NCBI RefSeq assembly: GCF_041956535.1
Contig: NW_027192203.1
Location: forward strand, 186,001-250,000
DNA length: 64,000 nt
Direction: 5' to 3'
Origin: Calcarisporiella thermophila CBS 279.70
Lineage: Eukaryota > Fungi > Calcarisporiellomycota
The notes beneath the pieces were generated by a model. That model saw nothing but the letters and a program-made list of their open reading frames with translations. It had not been told where the DNA came from and did not search any database. The position numbers and the translations under genes were made by a program. Shown one piece after another: positions 12,149 through 23,615 of the stretch (its first letter is position 1; each line of letters opens with the position of its first letter).

Positions 12149-15100
12149 TCAAGATTTAAATCTGATTTTCAGCTTTGGAACATTTGGCGTTGTTGAAGGC
12201 GAAGATGTGCTGGTTGGCATCCTCTGCTCGCCATCTGGTTGAGCATTATTTGGCTTCTTATGCTTCTTCTCCTTTTTATCTTTTTTCGGCTTCTCGTCAG
12301 GAGTCGCCGTTTGCAATGCAGTGGGTGCGGATTGCGCAGGTGGAACGGGAGGGGGCACGATTGTAGCAGTTGGCTGTTCAGATATCTGAGAAAGTGGTGG
12401 TTGGCCAGGAGCCGGCGCCACCTTTAGCGGTGCACTAATCGAGGGTATTTCGTCTCCGGCGAACACATTGTGGACTGCGCACAGGCGCTCCCATTCCTTC
12501 TGTAGGCGTTGACCCATGATGTAGACCGGATCACCTGGGTAATTGAAGGTGAAGCAATTTTGAAACACTAGTCGCGCATCATATGCCAATTCAGCAGGGG
12601 ATGCATACTGGCCAGCTCGCAACTTCTTGGTTACCGTCCCGAAATCCATCGGCTCTTTGATTAAGTCGTAGTAATGCGGAACCCCAAGTGCAACTGCATC
12701 TACGGGAACCGAAAATGGGACGTAGTCCGGATGCTGTCGTAGTTTGCGCAGAACCGCTTCGTATCCTTTCAGCGATGCTCCGGATGGCGTCTCCACGATG
12801 GTCATGTTGACTTCGCCCTCCTTGCCTTCTTTATCCAGTCGATTCCATTCTTTCTCAAAGGCAGCCTCCAGTTCCTGGCCCTGCACATGGGCATAGGTTC
12901 CAGGAGAATTGTACCTGTAGCAATTCCGAATCATACGGCGGAAATCGTCTTCAAATGACTGCAATGTCGGGTACTCTGCACGTTCAAGTTTGTTCTTCAT
13001 GGTACCAAGGTCCATCGGCTCCTTGATAATATCGTAGTAGTCAGGGGCACCATCAAGCGCCGGATCCACAGGACGTTGAAAAAGCGCCGCACAGTTTAGC
13101 CGGGTAACCTTACGGAGTAACAAACGACACTTCTTGACATCTTTAGAGGGCATGGATGTTTTCTGAGTCGATGCTGAGGGTCGTGAAGGAGGTGATGCAG
13201 GTTTGACTTGTGTCTGAATTTGCGGAGGAGGGGGCTGAGCGATTCTGGGAGCAGGGGCTGGGGCAGCAGCAGGTTTGGTAGTAGTCGAAGTAGCATTGGG
13301 GACGAGAGCGATGGGGGGCAAAGGGGGAAGACCTTTGGGCACATCTTCAGGTTTCCTAACCTTGACGGGCCGAGCAGAGTTTTCTGCTTCCGCTACTCTC
13401 TTTCGATTGCTCTTGGGGGTGGAGGATTTTGCTATCTGTGGCTTGTTGCTCGGCGTCTTTGTCTCCGAAATGGAGGTCGGTGAGGCGACTAGGGTTGTTG
13501 CAACCATTGGTGATGATTTCGGTACAGTGGATTCCTCTGGCGATGTCGGTTGTGCTGGGACAGCTGGAGATCGGCTATCTGGGACAGGCGGCGTCCTTGA
13601 ACCAGGCGATCCAGAAGTGCGAACAAGCTTTAGCTTGTGGATTGATGGCTTCTTCTCCAAAGGAGGCCGCATTGGAGCATCTTCATTCATAGGCTCGGAC
13701 GTCTAAATGATAAAGGTCAAGTAAAATGTAATCAAATTGTTCAAGTTTTCACTTTTCTATATTCAAATATTACCGTGGATGGTAGCGGCATTTTGATCTT
13801 AAGCTTGGGCTTGGTCTCAAACGGAGTTGCCTTGTACACCACTTCGCAGAATAGCAGAAGATATTTGCGTACGCGATAATCCAAGAAAATACTCGAACTA
13901 ATTTTAATGGTATCAATAAATATCACTAAAGAAATTGGGGACTTATCTCATCTTACTTTAGAGCATTCCATATTAATTGCTGGAGATCCTTATCCTCGCC
14001 TATTTCTTTCCGTACCCACTGCACTGCTTCCGAGTAGGTCTTGTGAGTTGCGTTGGAGCCACCGGAATCTGTTGACATATCGATTTTGTCTGCCTTATTT
14101 GTAAGGCCCTCTTCTTCAATCAGCATGTCCGGTTCAAGCACAGATTCTTTCTGCATTTTTGCTGAGCGCAGGGCCATTATGCCGAGAGAATTGACAAAGC
14201 CTCGTGCAACAAGGTAACGCACAGCAGGGTTTGGGTCCTTGACGATGACTCGAATCAAATACTTGTTGATTTTGGGTATCCGTAAATTTGATAAGAGAAA
14301 TATCGCGTCAAAGGACACTTGGCGTACGTGGGTAAAGTTTCCGTATCTATTTATAAAGGAATTAGTGCAAACATGCTTAACTAAAACAAACACCACTAAG
14401 TATACCTAGTGTGCATTAGGAAAAGTTGTAGGTCTACTTTTGTTAGCCCGCCCAACATCAATTGCATAAGTGTCTAGAGAAAGGGTTAATGAGGTGAGAT
14501 AATATTCATGTAGGAGAAAATGGAAATCAAATACCTGTAGACAGCTGACAGTGATCGTATTTTGGTAAGAGGGAGCAAGATAGTCAAGCAGTCGGTAACG
14601 GTCGATCTCGCTAATAGCTTGATCAATCAGAGCACCACTTTCAAAATCTTCGAAATCCTCTTCGAACACACTCTGTTGTTTGGGTGTGTCCGGGATAAAT
14701 GCCTCTCCAACAGCAGTGATTAAGGTGCTCACATAATAATTGTCAGAATACTGTAACGGACAAAGATAAATTATAAGTATTATGTAAAAGTTATTGGAAT
14801 GCTCGCAATCAAATACCATATTGCCTGTATTGTCATTATATCGCAGAAGATCCAAGAGCATCCGTTTTATTGGGAGTGGTGTGTGCCCCCTTGGGTCCCT
14901 CACCTGTGCCAATGCCATAGGTATTGACTATAAAATGGCCAGAGTTAGTTTGCGTTATTGAATTACCATTATTGGATCAAACCTTTTGTAGAAAATATTC
15001 GGTTAAGCTCGAAAAATCATTTGACTTGGGAACGCAAGGAACGCATGCTCGCCGTAACTCGCTATCATAGAAAGATGAATAGCCATTTCCTTCGAGTTCT

Positions 15101-18100
15101 GAAACCCCTTGGGAAACTGGAGCGTAGCAGTAGCGAGCCTGAAATGCCTTGGTCAGATGGAAGAGGCCGATCCAATCGGTCTGTGCAATTGCACACTAAC
15201 ATCAAGTCGTGTTAATTTCATCGCAAATGTATCATAAAAATGGTTAGTATATTACTTTTGCTAGGGAAAATGCCGCATCCATTCGAATTCTATAGAAACA
15301 TTTAGGATCCATCATAGCCTTAACAAGAGTAGTGGAGCAAGCGGTTGATGGCATGGTTCCCAGAGCGCGGACCGCATCAACCTGAGCAACCACATCTCGA
15401 TCCCGCAATAACTGAGATGCCCACATATAGTCCGGCTGATCGAATTCGAGTATGCATACCCATTCAAATTCAGCATCCAGTCGAATCCACTCAAATGTTG
15501 CACTGCAAATTAACAAAAATAAAGTTAAATTCGGCCTAATTAAAGAACATCAGATTCGAGATCACCTGGCAGCTCCAGTATCTTCATCATCTTGTCCCCA
15601 CTCCGTCATTCGCCATTCATCTCGTTCGTGTTCCGTATCCCACAAACCTAAGCCCACGCCCAATTGAGTGTCGACCGGACCCGTTGATTCTCCTTCCTCT
15701 CCATCGATAACTTCCTCGGCTGCCGCCGCAGCAGCAGCCGCAGCTTCCTGTTTCTTCTGAAAACGTTTCGTGTTCCGTCGAATGCGCTTATATTTGGTAT
15801 TGAATTGTACTTCGAATTTACGTGCCGACTCTTGAATATCCAAAACATGCTCATAGGGAGTCCCATCCGCCTCGTGAATGCGAGCCGTCATGTGACCGGT
15901 GAACAATGTATCATGGCGCGCACCATTGATGAGCGATGGGGGCGAGCTCGGAGTAGAATTCGTCGATTCTTGGCGCATGTATATTTCCACCATCATCTTT
16001 TTGCGATTAAAATTGTAACTAAAGTGGAATTTGGGGCATCCGCTTCCAAACACCCATTGCTCTGCAAACGATTTGAAGTCGCTGCCACTCACTTTGCGAC
16101 ACATGCGAAGGAAAAATGCAGTACTAAGGGCATTTTGCGAAAGTTCACCGCTCATAACCGAGAGCAGTATCTTTGAGGTTACACGGTTCAAGCCCATCGA
16201 GGATCCACCTTTGGACATTCTTTTGTCAAGCATAAAGAGAACTAGTGGCGCTTTTAGTGCAATGAAATCAAGATCATCAAGATCTAAGGGAATCGGAAGC
16301 TGAGTGTCGTAAAGAGGGCGTCGATTGACATCCAACTGGCAGCAACGTTCAATATCTTTTTTGAGTCGATACCGATACTCATTGTTCCCGAGATGCCTCT
16401 TGAAAAAAATTCCTGTAACGTAGTTTGACAATCCAACAATCAACCATGTGTCCGACCTAATGGAGAATGCAGGTTAATCATTCATTATAAAAGTCTTAGG
16501 CTATACTGGGAACAAACCAGGTCTTCGGCACAATATTAATTCCAAACCATTGACACGCTAGAGATTGGGCCAGAACTCTGCGTGTTTCATAGACTTGGTC
16601 AATCACATCTTCTGGATACAAAAGATCGCTACTGCAAATAGCAAAACCGGCAGATGAAATAACAGGTGCCCATGCATCTTCCACGAATACCAACTTGAAA
16701 TTTGGATAGGGGAAGGAAGTATATTCCTGAATAAAGAACTCTAATGCCTATAATTAAAACAGGCATAATATGAATATATTAGTAATAGAAAAAGTATTTT
16801 TGAGTAAAAATTGAATTTACTTTGTTCAAGAAGAGGCACGAGTTTTTCAGCTGCTCTGCGCGTCCAGGTAGACAAAATCCGTACATCTCAGGTTTCATTT
16901 TAACAGCGAATTCTTCAGCAGAATTTTCATTGGAAATCTCCCCCTCCTCTCCACGTGAAGGCGACTCTAAGCTTCCTAATGGAATCATTTCAAAAGGACC
17001 AGCTGCAAAAGCTATATATGGAGCAGGAGTTGGGATATCGAGTTTATAGTGGAATATTCTTTTGGAAGAATCAGAGGGATGCAATATCTATAAACAGAGT
17101 CGTCAATTCTTATTAATCACGAGGTTTGAAACCAAAAATTGTTTACCTGTTCAACCAATGCTCCACTACATGCTACTAAAGCTGCTCGTCGCTCCGGCTC
17201 TTCTGTAGCAACGCCCGATTTAAGGCGAGATAGCTCTTTTGGCACTACAAAAGCCATTTGCCAGGTGCATTTTTCATATATATTATCGACACAAGGTAAC
17301 CACAGTCTCACGCCGCCGGGGAAGGGTTGATTAGTGGTATATACATGGGGGAATCGCTAAATATCAGAAAACAAACTTTTAAATAAGACTGTTTTTTTTT
17401 CAAAAACCGTATAATAGTTGACGTACATAGGGTGCAGCTTCAGGGTCTGGGTCCACAAATTGCAATCCAATCTGCGGATTCTCGAGAATATAATCAATTT
17501 GAATTCTTAATGTCTCAAAACTTGATGAAAGCCCAAGGGGAGTTCCAACAGATTGTGGAGTCATAGCATCTGGCGAGGTAACTTCTGCCAGAGTGAAGTA
17601 TACATGTTAATTTATCCGTTAATAAATTAAAAAAAGGAAGAGCAAACCACCTTCTCTCGGGGGCATATCAAAGTTTGATGCAGAAAAGCCATTCTCTGTC
17701 TATTACCAGTAAGAAATTTTAGAATCATAACAATAATATATATTTGAGAAAAAAATTTGAGGATACAAACCTGGCAGGGTATAACCATACCTGCCGGAAC
17801 AGTGATCGTGAGTTCACCTCGCTCTCCAGCTTTTAGAGCATTAGCATATCGTACTGCGTAATCATGATGGTGAGATATATTGGAAGTAGCATCACGAAAT
17901 AAGACATCCTCCTCAGGGTCAATGTGTTCAAATTGCGTCTCCTGGCCGTTCACAAGAACTTGATTTATTCGGCACTGCCGACTATTCAGCTTAATATGAG
18001 TAAGCTTATCGTGAAGGGGAATTACATGCAGTTCAGTTGAGCCCTAAAATTACGATAAAATTTGGAAAAAGCAAAGAATTTTTGTAATTAATTACTTTTA

Positions 18101-18352
18101 AAACAAGCGAAGTGAAATTTTATTCTTACTCTTAAACATTTCTCTTCGAAATCAAGCTCAAGCGAAAATTGCTGATGATTTGTAGAAAATGCGGAAACAA
18201 AGGCACGGAAAAGAAAGGGAGAGACTCGAGTTAGTAAACACGATTTCCACAGTTTAAAATAATATTCGTAGATCTGAGGATCTATGAATATACATGATCA
18301 AAGTTGATACTTATAATGAAAATCCTCTCCTTAACAGATCCATCCGCTCCAT
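12149..18352 (-). CDS. TAF2: TFIID subunit TAF2 (M1-aminopeptidase-like fold) with two C-terminal bromodomains
   Basis: All splice junctions traced in frame: RGFSLNHQQFSLELDF, IKLNSRQC, RLWLPCVD, LACQWFGINIVPKTWSDTWL, KAPLVLFMLDKRM, WIRLDAEFEW, RDRDVVAQVDAV, YNDNTGNMYSDNYY. Continues via a phase-0 intron (PLPST|TSEPMNE) into two bromodomains (PVDP..DYYDIIKEPMDL...NCYRYN; PVD..HYYDLIKEPMDF...NCFTFN). Requires an AT-AC first intron. Confidence 0.93.
18182..18314 (-). other. Non-canonical AT-AC intron (U2-type signals), intron 1 of TAF2
   Basis: Minus strand: TCA TT|ATAAGTATC...TTTACTAAC, then a pyrimidine tract, then TTTTCTAC|A AAT CAT CAG. This junction keeps MERMDLLRRGFS-L-NHQQ in frame. The nearest GT donor lies after an in-frame TAA. 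Confidence 0.8.
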
Positions 18353-18598
18353 GGCAATTGTCGTGCGACGTGTTCGATCGTCCCAACAACTCTCTTGTAA
18401 AGCGGAGGGTCGTAAAGATTTGAGGCGATTCTGTTGGTAAATGGGAGACAAATTATCTTTTGACGTCGGGTTACAAGACAAAGGCAGAAAGACGTGAAGG
18501 AGAAAAAATTGATGACGTAAAACCTACCCTAACCTAAACTTTAGTGAAAATCCACCTCCATTAATCTAATCCAACTCGTCCGAGAAATCTTATAAAAC

Positions 18599-20910
18599 AT
18601 GAAGATCCAATGTCTTGGACCTCGTTCTCCATCCACCACCTTTCTCATTAAACTGCGTCAAATTTCAATACTTTTAGACTCTCCACTTACTATTGAAGTT
18701 TTACATACATCTCCCTCGACACACATTGACGATGATTTTCGAGACGCGCTTGCAGCGGTTGGGTCTTCAGTCTCCACCTCCGATTTGAGTGAAAACGGCT
18801 ATTCCGTAGCTGTACGCAATTTTGCTTCGGCTCTTAATCCGCTCAAACTCGTCAACTCGGCTCCTTCACAGCTTACTAAGGAGAAAAAGCAAATTAAAAC
18901 AGAAATAATTTTTGAAACACCTAACTTCGAGATGGTGGATATATCAAGCATAGACTTTGTTCTTTTGTCGAATTACCACCAGATGCTTGCACTGCCTTAC
19001 CTCACAGAATATACCGAATTCAAGGGGAAAATTTATGCCACCGAACCCACAGTTGAATTTGGAAAGTATGTGAGATTAAACCTTCTAGGTTACTTTTGGC
19101 ACTAATGCAATGCTAATTTTTAGACAACTGATGGAAGAATTGGTGGGATATTTTGGAGAGAACAGTGCTAATAATGGACATTCAACTATTGGGTGGGTTA
19201 TTAACTATTTGAAAATCGTTCAATGCAGTTCCATAATATATTTATATGGATAGTTCAAACGAGATAAATAGCAAAATGCGTAATATCTACACGCTCCAAG
19301 ATGTCAAAGCATGCATTGACAAGATTATAGCTGTACGATATCGTGAACAAGTATCACTTTTTGATAACTTTAAAATTTCAGCTTTTAGCTCTGGATATTG
19401 TTTGGGAGGGTCAAACTGGTTAATAGAATCTGGATATGAAAAGGTAAGCTCTATATTAAATATATTTGTTTAATGCTCTCAGTTTATGGAAAAAATAATA
19501 CTAAATATATTTTAAGATTTCGCTCTTGGGCTTGTCTTCTATTGTCTCTAATATGCACCCTGAGCCATTTGATAAAGCGGTTCTCGATTCGAATGTAGTG
19601 TTGATAAACAACGTTCAGCCATCTGCACCAACAATCACACCTGGTCAACGCGCAGATGAATTTTGTATTTACATTGCAAAGACACTGAAACGAGGAGGGA
19701 ATGTCCTAATTCCATGTAGCCCGACTGACATATTTTACGATCTGATCGAGGTCTTGAATGATCATCTTAATAATGTGGGGCTCGGTAAAATTCCGATATA
19801 CCTTATATCACCAATTGCCAATCACTCGTTGCATTATTCGAACATTTGCGGTGAATGGTAATATTTTAAATAGAGTGAAGACGCGATGTAATATTCAATT
19901 GTCACTCCCCAAATATTAGGATGTGTCTCAAGCGACAGGAAAAAATGTATCTCCCCGAGAACCCGCTTGGCCATAGTGATTTGATTGCTCAGAAACGCTT
20001 ACTTCTCTACTCAGATGTTAACGATGAATTTGGACGAGCATATCGTGAACTCTGCATTGTCTTTGCTGGGCACCATTCAATGCTTGCTGGACCTGCAAAA
20101 CGATTCATGAAACTGTGGGCACAAAATGAGCGAAACACGGTTGTGTTTATATCTACAGAGTTTGATTATACTCGTATTGTTGAGCGATTTGAGCCAATGC
20201 GTATGAGTGTTATCGACAATCCAATTGATATAAGGATGACTGCAACCAATATACTGGAACACTTGCGGGATCGTCCTCGTTTTATTGTTTTGCCAAGTGA
20301 ATGTCGGGGCCCAGAAGTACAAGAACTTCTAAATAGACACACAGTCGCGTTTTATAAACGAGACGAACTGATCTATGTTCCTGCGTTTTCTCAATTTGAA
20401 AAAGCGCTAGTAAACGAACAGGTAAAATATAGATAATCTACGATTGAATTAAGCCATAGTTTCACTAATATATTTTTTTTTCTAGCTGGCTATGTCGGTC
20501 CGCATGCGAGATCTCGGGGACACAAAGGTGGCACCCCTGTCTGCACTCTTGACTCTCCATAATAACAACCTACAGTTAACACCATTAGCTGACCCGAAGG
20601 CTATTAAAACAGAGCGAAAAGAGTGCTTATGGGGTGAGATTCAGTTATCGAGACTGCTTTCGCGATTTTCCGAGGTAATCATTTGCAGATTATCTCAAAA
20701 TCAAAACGCTTCAGCTTACATTTTTATCTTCAACAGGCTGGTTTTGAAGATTTAATAGTAGATAAAATCGAAGACCGTTTCAGAATATCTATTCTCCAGG
20801 ATCGCGCAATCGTAACAATAGGTGGTGACTCGACAAAAGTAGAAACAAATGATGATGAGTTACGGTCGTTCCTAATGAAGTGCATTGTTGGGTTGCTTGA
20901 AGCAACTTGA
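18599..20910 (+). CDS. INTS9: Integrator complex subunit 9 (inactive MBL/beta-CASP)
   Basis: Seven exons. IDFVLLSNYHQMLALPYLTEYTEFKGKIYATEPT (INTS9 signature lacking the HxHxDH metal ligands), SSGYCLGGSNW, TLKRGGNVLIPC, SLHYSNICGEW, KMYLPENPLGH, CIVFAGHHS. Confidence 0.92.
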
Positions 20911-21171
20911 AATTAAAGTTGATTTTTTTATTTCTTGTTAATAATCCCCGTTGTAAATCATGTACGCACTTGCTATTTCAATCTAGAATTCGAACACTTT
21001 ATAATAAATGCTAAGCCACACAATTAAAATAACAGCTCCGCATAAAACCACCTTATCACGCATCAGGCAAGAGCGATCAAACTCTCTTCAACATCAACTT
21101 CACCTGATATACACATCTCAGACGTAAAATCCAGTTGGTTCAACTGGAAATATAGCATACGAACAAGTTTG

Positions 21172-23423
21172 ATGGACAACCATATTCCTTATGCGCAATA
21201 TGCGCTTCCCTCTTCCCAACCCCAGCCATTTAAACCATACTTGAATGCAAGGATCCCACCACCTTCTCTCGAGCTTAGTGCATTGCAACGAGATCTGGAA
21301 CTGTTGCTAGACAAATCCAATGCGCGGGCAAAAGCACTTGAAGCCGATTTATTACACTTGGACTGGACGGTGAATTCTCGCCAACAGTCTCAACAGCAAC
21401 AAAAAAAGGAGAAATCGAGGAAAGATGCAAAAACAAAATGGGAAGCATCAGGTTTGTGAATGTTAATTATTTTTTACCATTAAGCAATTAGCTAATATAA
21501 AAATTATTTTTATAATTCTAGACACCGATTTCGTGGTTGCGCCGCCGCAAACCAAATCCCGAACAGGAACACCGATGTAAGTTAATTCAAACTGCTACGC
21601 ATTTAATACACGCCTTATCATTTGAAATATCTCGCTATATACTAATATCTTTTGCAAAAACTTTTATCTTTTTTTTTTAATTCAAAAAAAGACCCAGCGA
21701 GCAAAAGAAAAAGCGTAAACGGGATATAGATGAAGATTTAGAGTTATCAGAGCCTGAGAAAAGTATATTATTTAAATATAACTCTGTATATGTTGATCGA
21801 ATATTAATATGTTTAATTTTTAGCGACCGCATTTAGTGCTCGGCCTAAAAAGTCGGACGAAAACAGGCTAAGCACGCCGACACCATCAAGAAATATATCT
21901 CCACCGTTACAAAAGCCAACCTTGCAACAAAACGAGTCTCAATTGAAGGTAGTATTTACATTTCCAAATATACGTATATTTACATTCATACTCACAATTC
22001 TTATTTGAAAAGGACAAAGCTACAAATCAAAAAAACCAAAGTAACATATTGAAAAAGCGAAAAATTAATGAATCAGGTGCAAATTCGCCTTATCCTCTCA
22101 CCTCGGCCCCACATGTCTCTTCTACTGTTTCATCACCTGCTGTGATGAGTGGGGGCGGTGCAGAAGAATTTGTGGATTTCTCAAAGGCGAAGCACCAAGC
22201 AGTAATCACAAATCAACAATTCTGGACATATGTCGAGCCCTATTTCAAACCGTTTGGAGAGGAAGATCGAGCCTTTCTCCGACAGACTGTAAATATAATA
22301 CTATTACATAACCAATTCCCACTTCTCTTCAGCTCACTGCGCACTTATATAGAACGAAGATGGTACCCCTTTTCTAATTCCTAAACTTGGCAAGTTTTAT
22401 CTTGATGCTTGGGCAGAAGAGCAGCGTATGCTTGTCCCTTCCGATAAAGATTCACCGAATATTAAGACAGATTCACTCGTAACACGTCGTAACAAACGCT
22501 TACCTCGTGGCGATGATCCTGCTTCACATCTCAATGATGAAATTCTTACGATAAATGATGTGGTTTCTTGCGGTCCACTAATGGAGCGCATCTTGAGTTC
22601 GCTAATACAAGAAGCAGTTGTAGATGCACAGGATATTCTACAACAGAAGCAGAGTGATGACGAGAAAGAGGATGAGGGTATCGGAGCGGAAGAATTTGAA
22701 AAGTCAAGAGTTCCGCCACGGAATGATATTGTAGATATGGAAGAGCGGATTAAACGAGAATTACAGTTTATTGGGCTGCTTGGTGACGAAGAGGTTTGTG
22801 GAGTCTCCCTATCTTCCAAATTCAAATGCTTTTAACATATCATTATACTTATCCAGATCGATTGGAATGCACGGGAAGATGATGAAGTAAGCGCGAAGCT
22901 GCGCGAGCTTCAACGGCAACTCAAAAATCAGATAAAAGCAAATGAGTACAGAAAACAAAAGGTTCTCGAAAAAGTGGAGCAACACATGGGGTATCAGCAA
23001 TATCTTGCCATTTTAGACGAAGTGAACCATCAAGTCGAACAAGTCTATTTGAAACGATTTGTAAGCGATCCGTGAAATATCTAAAAAGCTATCCAGCTAA
23101 CATTGTATTCATCTTCTATCCACTACTAGCGTACTCCTCAAAAAGCGAAAAAACAACGCGGCAAAAACCCAGCTCCACCGCCTAATCCTGCTGCTGCAGC
23201 CGCAACTTCCTCCGAAATTAAACACGTTCTAGAACGCCGACGAAGATTGATTAATGGGCTGGGCAAGGTATTCTCGTTCGAAAAATTTCAACTGCCATCC
23301 GAGTCGATATATGGAGATGATGAGCCAAAAGTGGAGGATGAAATTGGAGGAGTTTTTGGTAGTACATCCAATAACCAGTCAAGGTTAGCAGGGTCACAGG
23401 GGGAGAATGTTGGTCGACCTTAA
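21172..23423 (+). CDS. ADA3: SAGA/ADA histone acetyltransferase adaptor Ada3/Ngg1
   Basis: Eight exons. DFSKAK...QFWTYVEPYFKPFGEED, FLIPKLGKFY, CGPLMERILSSL, EERIKRELQFIGLL, IDWNAREDDEVSAKLRELQ. Confidence 0.9.
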
Positions 23424-23615
23424 TGCATTCTGTTCAAATTCTCTACACTAGTCATATATTTTTTATTGTTATATTCGTGTAAATAATATATCATTTCTTA
23501 TTTATAAAGTTTTTTTTTTCTGAATATGAGGAAAGAGTTAAAAATCTACTCCCTTTCAGATAAGATCTATTTTTGGACATAAAATAAAGAATTCGACATT
23601 TTGCATCATCAAGGC

